A stretch of 64,000 nucleotides of DNA from Squalus acanthias (taxonomy: Eukaryota), in the NCBI GenBank assembly GCA_030390025.1, contig CM059443.1:68076001-68140000 (forward strand), read 5' to 3'. Below are positions 48,110-60,486 of this stretch, one piece after another (position 1 is the first letter of the stretch; every line of letters begins with the position of its first letter). The position numbers and the translations under genes are program-made. The notes under the pieces were generated by a model. It saw only the letters and a program-made list of their open reading frames with translations, was not told where the DNA came from and made no database searches.

Positions 48110-49160
48110 ACCAATCACAGCCGCCCCTTCCACCGGCCCGCCAATCATAGCCGCCCCTTTCACCAGCCGGCCATTCACAGCCGCCCCTTCCACCGGCCCC
48201 GCCAATCACAGCCGCCCCTTCCACCGGCCCGCCAATCATAGCCGCCCCTTTCACCAGCCGGCCAATCACAGCCACCCCTTTCACCGGCCGGCCAATCACT
48301 GCCGCCCCTTCCACCGGCCCGCCAATCACAGCCGCCCCTTCCACCGGCCCCGCCAATCACAGCCGCCCCTTCCACCGGCCCGCCAATCATAGCCGCCCCT
48401 TTCACCAGCCGGCCAATCACAGCCACCCCTTTCACCGGCCGGCCAATCACTGCCGCCCCTTCCACCGGCCAGTCAATCATAGCCGCCCCTTTCACCGGCC
48501 GGCCAATCACTGCCGCCCCTTCCACCGGCCAGTCAATCACAGCCACCCCTTTCACCGGCCGGCCAATCACTGCCGCCCCTTCCACCGGCCAGTCAATCAT
48601 AGCCGCCCCTTTCACCGGCCGGCCATTAACAGCCGCCCCTTCCACCGGCCCCGCCAATCACAGCCGCCCCTTCCACCGGCCGGCCAATCGCAGCCGCCCT
48701 TTCCACCGGCCCCGCCAATCACAGCCGCACCTTCCACCGGCCGGCCATTCACAGCCGCCCTTTCCACCGGCCCCGCCAATCACAGCCACACCTTCCACCG
48801 GCCCGCCAATCATAGCCGCCCCTTTCACCAGCCGGCCATTCACAGCCGCCCCTTCCACCGGCCCCGCCAATCACAGCCGCCCCTTCCACCGGCCGGCCAA
48901 TCACAGCCGCCCCTTCCACCGGCCGGCCAATCACAGCTGCCCTTCCACCGGCCCCGCCAATCACAGCCGCTCCTTCCACCGGCCGGCTAATCACAGTCGC
49001 CCCTTCCAAAGGCCCGCCAATCACAGCCGCCTCACCCACCGCCCTGTGAATCAGTCTCCCCTTCCACCAGCCGGCCAATCACAGCTGCCCCTTCCACCGG
49101 CCCCGCCAATCACAGCTGCCCCTTCCACCGGCCCCGCCAATCACAGTCGCCCCTTCCACT
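48110..49160. promoter_or_regulatory. Tandem array (~34 x 30-31 bp) of CCAAT box + GC box directly upstream of FAN1
   Basis: Unit ccaatcacagccgccccttccaccggcccg. The repeat is certain; the regulatory role is inferred. Confidence 0.7.
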
Positions 49161-49811
49161 CAGCCCCCATTTCATTTACTGCCGGGATGCTGCTCTCCCG
49201 CTCTCCCACTTTTCCTTGCTGTGGTGTAATTTGCTGCATTCTCCATTTCCAAGTTCAAATGAAACAAGTCTTTTGGTTTGTGTGTTTCTTCCTGCGCTCT
49301 CCGGGCTTCTGGTTATTCAGTCACTTCCCCAGTCTGTTGCTTAGTTTGTCTGGTGTCTCCTTTCAGAGGCCAGCAATGGCTTCACAAACACACAGGGTAC
49401 AAAGTCACAGCAGAGGTAACAAACCGTGCACCATCTGACCTCAACACAACAAAAATGACAATGTATTTATTCTGTTAGTGGAGACACAGACACTAGATCC
49501 CCCACTGCGCACACTACAATACATGTTGTGTTTCTGATGAAGGCTCCCGCCATTACCCCTTAAGATGGCTGTATACTACAGGCTCACCCCTCACCTCTGC
49601 TGGCTTCAGGCAATACCATCCAAAATATAACTCCAAATTTTTTTAAGATATTCCTGAACAATTGGACATTAAAAACCCATTTCTCAATTCCAGGATTCAA
49701 AACGGCATGTGCTCACACTGATCGAGCTGCCAAAAAGTTACCGTAAACAGCCCGATGGATGTTTGTATTTGAATTGAATGGTTTGGGCTACTGATCTGTT
49801 CCAAACACATT

Positions 49812-50533
49812 GGCCCAGAAATTGATCTTGCTCTGTTCCCGCGGGGGTAAGGCTTTCCCGCGATCTCTCACCTCGCTTGTGCTTTTTCAGATCCAGCTCG
49901 CACGAACTTCATGTTCTAGAGATCAGCTGGGCAGTGCTTGCGTATCCCAGCGGCGTAGTGAATTCGTGCGAGCTGTGGGATCACGTGACTCAGTTAGAGC
50001 CAATGGCAGCACACCATCTTCCATTCATAAGTTTCACAGCTATGAATCTTACACCCCCCCAAAATAACAGCTAAACCTCAATTAAAAAAAAACCCATCAC
50101 ATTAATAAAATAAGTATAGTTAATTAAATTAACCATTTTAAATAAAAAATTAAATTTTTGAAAAAATTTAAAATCTTTTAAAAAGTTATAAAAATAAACT
50201 TACCTGTCTTTAAAGTCTCTAAAAAAGAAATACCTGTTAAAAAAAATTCAAAAAAACTTAATTCACTACTTACCTTCTTAAAAGTGGGTCTTACTCCTCC
50301 TTTTTACATTTCTAAAATCTTCCGTACTTACCTGCGCGTCCACAGCATGAAGTGCACAGCGTGCGCGCAGCCTGTAGCGCGCACGCGATGCACCGAGGAC
50401 CCGCCCCCTTTTCAGAAGAGCAATTGCCGGTTTTCAGCGCATGCGCAGGGCATGCAGAAAACCGGCAATTGGAGTGGGAATACGCGAGAGTACGCAGTGC
50501 GTACTCTCGCGTCCCGGGATCAATTTTCGGCCC
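49812..50533. mobile_element. MITE-like element (possibly PIF/Harbinger)
   Basis: Imperfect 16-bp TIRs ggcccagaaattgatc / gatcaattttcggccc, 3-bp att duplication and an AT-rich core. Confidence 0.55.
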
Positions 50534-50796
50534 ATTGAATGATCTGCTATGTTGAATAATGATGAAGGTTCCCATCCAATCAACTTATGCGTATCAATCA
50601 GTCTAGGATGTGTATACTCTGCAGAAATTTCTTGCAGTTACCACTTTGAATCCTGCGTGTGCTGTAACAAGCAAGTTATAATCCAACCTGGAAAAAAATT
50701 TCACACATGATTGAGTTTATGCTTAATATAGCTCTATCGCAGGAGCTGGGAATCTTACAAAGTAACACTCCATACAGAATAGAGAAAACTCAGCAT

Positions 50797-50802
50797 TTTA
50801 TT
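50797..50802 (-). terminator. MPHOSPH10 polyadenylation signal
   Basis: AATAAA on the minus strand, 110 nt after the stop codon. Confidence 0.65.
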
Positions 50803-50911
50803 AGGAAACAGCCATGTTTTAAATAAGAATGGTTTTTGGAATGCTCTGCTATATACCAGTGGGTCCAGGAAGAGGATGGGTCAGTCTGTAGAGGAGGTGA
50901 AGGGGTCTGGA

Positions 50912-51061
50912 TTAAAGTTTCAGCTTGCTTGCTGAAAGCTCTCTGTGTTTGGACTGCTTCTTGGCTCCGATCTTGGTTCCTTTGAGCTCGGCTTTCACTT
51001 GATCTTGTAACTGGGAGAAGAAGGCCTTTGACGAGCGCAGAGTTTTATCTTTCCCTTCATC
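50912..51061 (-). CDS. MPHOSPH10: MPHOSPH10 exon 11 (stop codon)
   Basis: DEGKDKTLRSSKAFFSQLQDQVK...SASKLKL*. Confidence 0.94.
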   Translation of the reverse strand, partial: DEGKDKTLRSSKAFFSQLQDQVKAELKGTKIGAKKQSKHRELSASKLKL

Positions 51062-51875
51062 CTTTTAATAGTTAAAAACAAAACCCAGTTAGAAGTTCAG
51101 TTTTTAAAGTAGAAAATCCTGCTTTTTCCTCCTTGCAATGTGGTGAATGACATTGCGAAAACAAATGCGTGGAGAATACAGATTGTTCCACACAATGCTG
51201 GACAGTGCTAGGTCTGCTACAATAAACAGGAGATTCCTATTCAGGGTACTGATGCCACAGGCAGTATATAAAGGAGTGAGTGGAGAGTAAATGGTGGTTA
51301 AGGGAGAGGTTGTATGCAAATACGAGCAGGTAATAGAGAGGTACAATGCAACTTGGGAAAGTGAACTGATCCAAGGATTAGAGATAAAACAGTGAATGCT
51401 GGAAATACACAGATGGTCAGAAAGGATAGGTTAACATTTCAGGTGAGCTCTTTATACAAGGACCCCACCATAACATTAACCCATCTTTTCTCTCTCAGAT
51501 GCTGACAGACCTGCTGTGTATTTCCTGCTGAGCATAGTATATTTCTGAAGCTACACAGATTTTGATGAAGAATGGATGCAAGAGATAAATGATGGAGAGG
51601 GTCTGTTTGAAATTGTGATACAGTACATGGAGTTAGTTGGACTGAACATTAGGCAAAGGAAACATTTGCTGGGAATTGATTCAGTCGCTCCTTGCTCTGA
51701 ACAGGAACAATGGGACTCAGTGATTTACTGCCACAGGGCAGAAATTATTCAAAGGAAATAAGACATTGTAAAATTAATTTAATCTCTTTCTCCCAGTCAG
51801 TGCAAGTCATATTAAACAGCTTCATTACACTGCCGGCCTTCTCCCTGCTGTTAATCACCATATGTCAGCACTCAC

Positions 51876-52106
51876 CTTCAGCAGTGTCGCCTTGCCTTCC
51901 TGAGTCAGTTTCCTCACTTTCTCAGCATTCGTTTCCTTCTCTCGTTTATTGCTGAGTTTCACATTCAGCTTCTCCAACCCTTTCTGACATGCCTCCTTCT
52001 CCCTCAGTCGCAGACGTTTCAGTTTCTTCTTCTTCCTTCTCTCCCGCTTCTTGTCTGTTGCTGTCTTTTCCGTGTCTCCCTGGAGGTCCCCAGCTTGGCC
52101 CTTCTC
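51876..52106 (-). CDS. MPHOSPH10: MPHOSPH10 exon 10
   Basis: EKGQAGDLQGDTEKTATDKKRERRRKKK...GKATLLK. Confidence 0.94.
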
Positions 52107-52548
52107 CTGTAATTAACAGGCCGTCAGCACTGCTCAGACCAACCACAGGTCTCACACCTCATCTTTAAAGTCACCCAATGCAATAACAAAGCAGCGTTCA
52201 TACAATCCAGCCTCTTCAGCTGCCCACCATCACGCCCTCCCCAGTACAGGCTCAGACACGGAGGTGCTGCAGCAGGGCCAATCAAATGTGTGAGCCTAGC
52301 CGTGCCCAATCCCAATCTCACCTAAAGTGCTCACTTTCCAGCGGGGAATCATTAGCACGATCAGAAGCAGGGGTCCGAGCTCAGGTCCTTTCTCTTTAAA
52401 CCATGGGCTTGCAGGCTGATGTAGCACCCCTGCCCCAGCTGCCATCAGTTAACTCAGCAAAGACTGCAGGGCTCAGTGCCGCTCCAGGGAGGGGCTCAGT
52501 GCTGATTAGCAGTTTGGCTTTACGTTACTTTTCTCTTTAGTTTCTTAC

Positions 52549-52656
52549 CTTGACTTCTTCTGGTGCCAGTAGAGTGGCATCACTGACATTCACTGGTGCC
52601 ACCTCCTCCATACTGATGGACGGCAGGTTAGAGACCACCTTCACTTCAGGCACAGG
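52549..52656 (-). CDS. MPHOSPH10: MPHOSPH10 exon 9
   Basis: [36 protein letters not shown]. Confidence 0.95.
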
Positions 52657-53417
52657 CTGGCAAAAGAAACAAATATCGTTATATATGATCAACAGCAAGT
52701 TTAAGCAACCCTTCCCCTCTCACCCTGGCCCACTGCCAGCAGAGGACATACAGTTCGGTGCTCGGCCTCACGATGTGGGGCCCCCCAGTATCAGCCTCGC
52801 GACCTGGGACACTCAGTGTCAGCCTCGCGGTGTGAAGTTCTCAGTGACCTGTCCTCGGATTCTGCAGGTGACCGATACTGAATTGTACACAGCACAAAAG
52901 ATCAGAGAGTCGGAGCGCTGTGGGCTGCAGGAATAAAATTGCCCATGGGGCAGTGTGTGTAAGGTCACATACAGACTGCACCCAAACAGCAAGTCAATCA
53001 TCTACACAAATAAGAAAGTAAAAAGTCAAAGGAAACATTGAGCATTTGAGTTTAGGTTTTGGTGCCACTGAAGTTCCACAATTAGAGTCTGAAACTCTCG
53101 TTTCCACTCCCACACCAAGGGGGAATGTGTGCTTATTATTTTACCAGTTTTGTCTGACCGTTTCCCCCATCTCTCCTGAAGACTCCAACTCTCGCTGGCT
53201 ACAGTAGCACAGGCATTGGTCACGTGGGACCTCACTCAGGTGGCAATTCTTCATGTGCGAGCCTAGATTGTAAGATATCCAACCACAGGGGGCATCACAG
53301 CAGAGTGTGATCCCATCCTCAATGAATGTCCATAAACACACACTTTACAGCAGGGGTGACAGGACAGCCCCCCCCCCCCCCCCAGCTGACCAGAAATCGA
53401 GTGTGGGACCTTGCTGA

Positions 53418-53702
53418 TTTTTTTAATTCATTCACGGGATGTGGGCGTCGCTGGCAAGGCCAGCATTTATTTCACACTCCCTAATTGCCCTTGAGAAGGT
53501 GGTGGTGAGCTGCCATCTTGAACCGCTGCAGTCCGTGTGGTGAATTTCTTTGTAGTGGTTTGTTACAACTGAGTGGCTTGCTCAGCTACTTCAGAGGGCA
53601 ATTAAGAGTCAAGGACATTGCTGTGGGCCTGGAGTCACATATAGGGCAGACCGGGTAAGGACAGCAGATTTCCTAGTCCAGTAACATAACCACTACTACA
53701 CC
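53418..53702 (-). mobile_element. Short non-autonomous element: tRNA-like head + LINE 5' segment + LINE 3' tail
   Basis: 53545-53673 matches ~21700-21820 and 53418-53544 matches the tail of the second-family LINE. Confidence 0.7.
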
Positions 53703-53986
53703 GATCTGTATCGCTCCAGCAGCCAGCTCGAGTCACACTAAACGGCGTCCATCAAACAATGCAGCAGGGGTTATTCCTGGATCCAGAGGGTGTGAGTGCC
53801 GCCCGGGAGCAGACTGCAAATGCACCCTCACCGTGGCAGGGTCAGGCCAGGCAGGGCATTAAAGTACAGCAAAGATAAAATGTTTCTAACCCAGTAATAC
53901 AGACAATCAGCAAAACAAACAGAGTCGTGCTCCTGCCACGCTGTTCTCTGCTCAGTCTCCGATGTTACACCGATTCCTTTACTCAC

Positions 53987-54097
53987 CGGTTTGGGTGTGA
54001 AGTGGAAGTTAGAGAGAGCGTCCAGTTTGAGGAAAAGCGAATCCATCATCTTTTGGATCTCCGCGTGCTGCAGGTTTTCCTCCACTTCAGACTTTTG
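53987..54097 (-). CDS. MPHOSPH10: MPHOSPH10 exon 8
   Basis: [37 protein letters not shown]. Confidence 0.95.
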
Positions 54098-54396
54098 CTG
54101 CAACAATAAGGGTTTAATTAAAAACCTGACACAATGCCCCACTGACAGTCACCCGGCAGCTCTGCGACCTCACGTACCCGTACGGCCGCGGCCTGTAATC
54201 TCACACCACTACAAATCATTTACCAGTTATAACTTAGGCCTTCCTAAAATCTTATTACCGTGCAAGGCATCACTGCTGAGCCAGATCCTGGTCTGATGTC
54301 CTGTGTCTAGCCTGGGGCGCTGAAACTAGCTGTAGCACTTCCACTCCGATCAATCCCTTGCTTAAAACCCAGAAGCTGATTACCCGAGATTATTAC

Positions 54397-54534
54397 CTGA
54401 GTTTGCTTTAGATATTCCTGCTCATACACTTCAGCTAGACTCAGCTTGCTTTTCTCATGGTCCAAGGTGAGTCGTTTTTTGTATTCAAAGGTCTCCTCTT
54501 TTGGCTTTTCCTTGCGCACAACATCGTCCCAGGC
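54397..54534 (-). CDS. MPHOSPH10: MPHOSPH10 exon 7
   Basis: [43 protein letters not shown]. Confidence 0.96.
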
Positions 54535-56429
54535 CTGTAACACAGAGCAGACGATGCTTACCCATCAACAACTGATTAATATGTGCCCGTTAGTGGCTGA
54601 AATCCACAACATTTATAAAACAGAGAATCAGACCCACTCCACAGATTCCAACATGGCTGTGGACAAGTCCAAAGGAACTTCCTGGAAAATGCCACTGTTT
54701 AAAGCAGTGTAAACATATTGATACTCAACATTCACCAATCCTGACAAACAGAAAATGCTAGACATGCACATCAGGTCCATCAGCACTGGAAAGAGAAGAG
54801 GCAGGGAACGTTTGGGATGGGGATCCCTTGTCACAGCTCCAGCTCCCACCTGGACCGCTCACTGGCCTTTTCACTTTCAGTTGCTGACTGACCTGCTGTG
54901 CGTTCCAGGATTTTCTGTTATTTCAGATTGAGGGAAAGATATTTTATCCCAGGAGGGGACATTCAGCCCTCGTCACCTGAATCAAAGTTAGGCCTCTCCC
55001 AGGAACTGATTTTCCACAGTCCCACTTTCCTTCTTTCTTCTCCTATTTTTTCCATACTGTAATCGCTGTAATTAATCTAGTGCCGATCACGTGCAAAGCA
55101 TTCACCTTCCAATAACGGTGAAAAACTTCCTCCACCCTGGCACACCGTACTGGTGCTTATCTCAAGATCACGGCTTTGTCTTCAATCCACTGACCGATGG
55201 AAAGCATTGATTTATGTTTGCCTCGTCTATCCCGTTTATCATTTTGAATAGCTCTATAAAAAAAAAACCCCACTGATCTTCTCTGTTCTTGCATACTAAG
55301 TGGAGCGATACATTCTCAATCTAATTACATGAATACACCTCCCAGATCCCAGGGGTGAGAAAGATCTATTTTTAATCAGGGATGGGCAGTAATTCTAGCA
55401 CACACTTTAATATAAATTTTACATATGCATGAATCATTAATCCCACTCCAACAAGAGTGCTTATTTTGAACAGCCCTAGCTCTCCATCTTTCAAACTCCA
55501 CGCTACTGCTTTCCATCATTTACAATATCGTCATTTTTCAAAACATTTTTCCTTTTGTGTTTTCCACACTTTTTTCTCCTTTAGTTTAAGAATCTATTTT
55601 CCTGCTGCTTTTACATTTGGCTTAAATGGAAGCACATTGTATCTGCACTTGGCAAGCACAAGCTGCCCATGCAATTGGGCACCGATGCACAGCTGGAATA
55701 TTTCAATCAATCAGATGTTAGACATACGAGGCTACGTGGCACAAAGCCGTTAGGTTTGGAGATTTTCCTGGGTAACAGTTATTTCACAGCTTCTTGCTGT
55801 CGGCCTTTAAAACATCACCACCTAGTGGCAGTTCCTGTCTACAATGCTCCTGATAAACTGGCCTGTGTGGGTCAGAGGTGGAGGTGTCTGGGCAGGTTTT
55901 ACAGTCTTCACTCTCTCACCGATTTTCACAGCAATTCAAAGATTCGGTTGAGAGTGTCTGCGTAAAATCAGATTTTCTGTACAAATTGTGGCTGGCTCCT
56001 ACAGCCTGCTTTATATCAATCGGCTGTGGCTGCGTTTATTACACATCAGCATGTAAGGGAAATTACTACCAAGGATTTTTTTTTTCCTAACCTGTCTGTT
56101 TCCCTGCAATTTTATGAACTCCCACTAAGAAGATAGTGACAAAGAGGTGGTGGACAGACCCCAGACTCAGCCAATGTGGCTCTGGTCAATCGACCAGGAG
56201 GTTATACCCCCCTCCAACACAAAGTGAAAACCCAAACTAAATGTTCGTTGAAACCTTGACTCTGTTGATCTTCCAGCTTAGACTCAGGTACTGCACCTAC
56301 TAGACTAACACTTAAAACATGAGACCATCTACAAATGACACTTAATTCGATTGCAAGATGGTGCACTTTCTCTCCTTCCACCTATTTTAAAACTCTTGAC
56401 CCTTTACAGACAAGCTGCTCCACGAGTTA

Positions 56430-57485
56430 ACGACAGTGGAAAATGAATTCAACCCGGAGAAGTGTGAGAATGCATTTGGGGAGGGCTAACAAGACAAGGG
56501 AATACACAATAAACGGTAGGATGCTGAGAAGTGTAGAGGAAAAGAGGGACCTTGGAGTGCATGTCCACAGATCCCTGAAGGTAGCAGGACAGGTAGATAA
56601 GGTGGTTAAGAAGGCATACGGGATACTTTCCTTTATTAGCCAAAACATAGAATATAAGAGCAGGAAGGTTATGCTTGAACTGTATAAAACACTAGTTAGG
56701 CCGCAGCTAGAATACTGCATACAGTTCTGGTCATCACATTACAGGAAGGATGTGATTGCACTAGAGAAGGTACAGAGGCGATTTACGAGGATGTTGCCAG
56801 GACTGGAGAATTTTAGCTACGAGGAAGGATTGAATAGGCTGGAACAACAGAAAACGCTGGAAAAACTCAGCAGGCCAGGCAACATCCGTGGAGAGAGAAA
56901 CAGAGTTAACGTTTCAGGTCGAAGATCTTTCGTCAGAAGGTCTTCGACCTGAAACGTTAACTCTGTTTCTCTCTCCACGGATGTTGCCTGGCCTGCTGAG
57001 TTTTTCCAGCGTTTTCTGTTGTTGTTTCAATTTTCCAGCATCCGCAGTATTTTGCTATCTGAATAGGCTGGGTTGCTTTCTTTGGAAGAGAGGAGGCTGA
57101 GGGGAGATTTAATTGAGATGTATAAAATTATGAGGGGCCTAGCTAGAGTGGATAGGAAGGACCTATTTCCCTTAGCAGAGAGGTCAATAACCAGGGGGCA
57201 TAGATTCAAAGTAATTGGTAGAAGGATTAGAGGAAAGTTGAGGAGAACTTTTTTCACCCAGAGGGTGGTGGGGGTCTGGAAATCACTGCCTGAAAGGGTG
57301 GTAGAGGCAGAAACCCTCATCACATTTAAAAAGTACTTGGATATGCACTAGAAGTGCTGTAACCTACAAGGCTATGGACCAAAGGCGGGAAAGCGGGATT
57401 AGGCTGGATAACTCATTTTCGGCCGGCACAGACACAATGAGCCGAATGGCCTCCTTCTGTGCCGTAAATTTCTATGATTCTATGA
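56430..57485 (+). mobile_element. CR1 3' portion hosting a palindromic insert
   Basis: RPQLEYCIQFWSSHYRKDV...RGDLIEMYKIMRG followed by a CR1 tail. Confidence 0.88.
56843..57059. mobile_element. Palindromic Penelope-like insertion with 83-bp perfect arms
   Basis: Arms at 56843-56925 and 56941-57023. 12-bp TSD tgaataggctgg (56831-56842, 57060-57071). Confidence 0.82.
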
Positions 57486-57502
57486 CAAAGCCTTGCACTG
57501 AC

Positions 57503-57570
57503 CTGGTCTTTAATCCTCTGGATAATGACATCCTCCAGTTGAAGTGTTGTCTCCTCAGTGATGACAGGAG
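57503..57570 (-). CDS. MPHOSPH10: MPHOSPH10 exon 6
   Basis: PVITEETTLQLEDVIIQRIKDQ. Confidence 0.94.
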
Positions 57571-57754
57571 CTGAGAACAGAGATCAGAAATCAGCACAAA
57601 CTCAATACAAAGCAAACTATAACACAGTTTAATGCTTTGCTAATAAACGCACTGTCCCGTACACCCAGACATACCAAAGACGTACTGCTGTCTGAATGAG
57701 GGGTCAGTGCCCCCCCGTCCCCACTGCAAGGCGAGTGTGTGGAGCGAGACTCAC

Positions 57755-57896
57755 CCTTCCTGACTGCATGGTCAAACAGCAGGTCCTCCTCCAACAGGCT
57801 GTTCTCGGGCCGTTTCTGGCTACTGACCTCTCCCAGAAGCTGCCAAGGCTTCTGCTCCAAGGCAGATTTCTCCAGCTCCTGGATTTGTGCGTTCAA
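57755..57896 (-). CDS. MPHOSPH10: MPHOSPH10 exon 5
   Basis: LNAQIQELEKSALEQKPWQLLGEVSSQKRPENSLLEEDLLFDHAVRK. Confidence 0.95.
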
Positions 57897-58045
57897 CTAT
57901 AGGGAACAAAACACGATGCAGGTTACCTGCGGAATTGCGTTACATAGAAATTACAGGCTGCACACCGGCCATTCAGCCCAACCAGCCCGTGTTAGTGTTT
58001 ATCCTCATGCTCTGTGCCCGAATTAATTGTAATTCCAATAATCAC

Positions 58046-58214
58046 CCTTTCTTGGCGTTTTTCAAAGGCTGATTTTGCCTCTTCCGGCTTCTTTCCTCCT
58101 ATCACATCGGCCAATTCCTCCCCCTCACTGTCATCCGACAGGACAAAGCTAACTTTCTTATGGGCCCCCTTGGCCTCTCGACCTCTCTCGGACTCCTCCA
58201 TCTTCTCCTGGTCT
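58046..58214 (-). CDS. MPHOSPH10: MPHOSPH10 exon 4
   Basis: HKKVSFVLSDDSEGEE...KSAFEKRQER. Confidence 0.92.
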
Positions 58215-59004
58215 CTGGGTCACAGAAAGGAAACCAAATTAATGCAACACAGAAATACAGGATCTACATTCTAGTTCGTCAAAAGAATATACCAGATCAT
58301 CTATTTTCAGCTTCTATTTATATTATTCCTTGCCAATTAAGCGTGATACCACAAATCAAATTCTTACAGAACACCAGGTGGGGTGTGTGACACATACCAA
58401 TTGCTGGAGCAGTACAATTCTTTCAACAGCTTTGGCAGGACTGCATTGGCAATGGTTCGGCGTACCTACTTCCTGCAAACCAGGTGGCCCAGACTCCATC
58501 CCATCGCTGGTCTCAGTCAGTGTATTCGTTGGGCTGCTACACCTGGTCTCAGTGCACTGAATAATTGTACACCAATAAAGAGGTTCAGGGCTCCAGGTAC
58601 ATGTCATTAAAAGCCAGCGCAGATGTAAAAGCAGAACAGTTAAGGCCAGTGGGATGCTGGGCTTCATCACGAGGTACAGAATATAAAACCAAGGCAGTAC
58701 TATTGCAGACACACAGCGCCAGGCAGTCCTCATCTGGAATATGGTGTCTGGAGAGTGTCACCAGGAGAAAGGGAATGGGTAAACTTGGATTATATTCCCA
58801 GGCGATGAGGAGGGTAAGGGGTGGCCTGATTGAGGCGCAGCCCACTGTCAAATAGTCAGCTGGCACCCACTGTCTCGCCCAAGACAGGAACGGTCACTTG
58901 GATGGGGTATCAGAGGGGTGTCAGCAACTCTCGGGCTGGACCCAGCGCCTGTGGCTTAGGAACGGGGGGGGAGGAAATGGAGAAAGAAACTTCAGAAAAC
59001 ATAC

Positions 59005-59168
59005 TCATCCATTTCTTCCATATCCTCGTCCTCCTCAAATTCTTCTGGCTCTGGTTCCCCTTCTGCCTCATCACTTTCGTTCTCCTCGTCGCCATCTTCT
59101 ATCGCAACTTCCTCACCCTCGACCGGGTCGAAGAAATCCTTGTACTGCAGGTTCCTGGAACTCTTAGT
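59005..59168 (-). CDS. MPHOSPH10: MPHOSPH10 exon 3
   Basis: TKSSRNLQYKDFFDPVE followed by an acidic tract. Confidence 0.93.
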
Positions 59169-60486
59169 CTGACAAACAACAACAAAATTCAAATACGTAA
59201 AAACATTAATACAGAGCTCCTTATACTCATCTCATGTCACAGAATATCACTGGGCCCACCCACCCTCCATCACTTATTCCCATAGAAGGGACGGGCAACC
59301 AACCTGTTCTCAGATCTCTACCAATTAGCTCTACAGGCTGCGACTAGTGGGTGTGCAAGAGAGCTTAGGAACTTCCAAGGGTTTTGCTGCAGTTTAACCA
59401 GCTGAATTCGCACACCTTATGAACGCTATCTGGAGCCTCGTGGGAAGAATCCTGATCCTAGCAACAGCTCAATTCCTCCAGGTCCCAAAAGTAATCTAGA
59501 CTGGCTGGTCAATCAAGCCCTGGAGTACTGTGGGCCTACAGGCTTCAGATTACAGAGACCGGGGGGATTGACTTAGTTCCCCACCAGCATGTCAACTTGG
59601 AGCCACCTTGGTCCTATGCAGACCCCTGCGGACCTCTCCCCTCCATCCCAGCAGGATAGTCACTAACTGGCAAGCAAAGGTCTCTGCCCTTTGCTGCTGG
59701 ATAACAGGGACTAGGATCTCTCTGCGAGCATAAGGTGTGCGAGTGCATTCCACCGTGTGGGCCACAGCCCGAGCACACACCGAACCCCAGGGAACGGTGG
59801 TCCCACCAGCGAAAGATGCAGAGTTTCAGCAGCAGCTGCCTCTCTAAGCCAGTTATGGGGGTCACTGGGCCCTGGATATAAGAGTGTGTGCTCTCGTACC
59901 CAGCCTCCAGGTAATGCACCCCAGCTTTCAGCTTCCTCATCAACAATATGGTAGAAATCTGACTTCAGTGTGAATAAAGGAAGACAAACAAATGAGAAGC
60001 AGAGATAGCTGCAGGAGGAGAGAGAATAATGTTTTATCTGTGAGCAACATCACGGTGGATCAGCTCGTGGTATTTCATTAAAAGATCTTCACTTCAACTC
60101 CCCCGAGGGGTCAGCAGATAAATGCGTAGCTTGGTGTGGTGCTGAGCTATACAGTCCAGTGGCCCAACCCCCAGTCTATGTTGAGCTAGCCAATCTCAGC
60201 TGGGAGAATGGCGAGGGGGCAGCATTTCCCCAGCAGCCCTGGGCTCGGGAGGAGAAAACAAATCAACCAGGGCCTCTGATCCTGGTCACAATTCAGTGAG
60301 TGTTTGTACAACGGATGAAGACTGTGCTGCCTCCACAATCGAATAGCACGCAGACTCTCAATGCCTAAAATAAAGAATGGCCATTAAATCAAGGTACCAG
60401 AGATTGACGGGCATCCATGAAACCATATCACAGCAGGGGTCAGCACTGGCAGGGAGCAGGGCTGAATACTGGTGGAAGATCATTAC

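Noticed and set aside
47635-49078. Overlapping GC-rich ORFs around the FAN1 start
   Set aside because: They are stop-poor frames of the CpG island and the CCAAT array; only the frame containing PYYLVNFLLVL has homology.
49533-49560. CTGATGAAGG as another hammerhead core
   Set aside because: No stem II or GAAA follows it.
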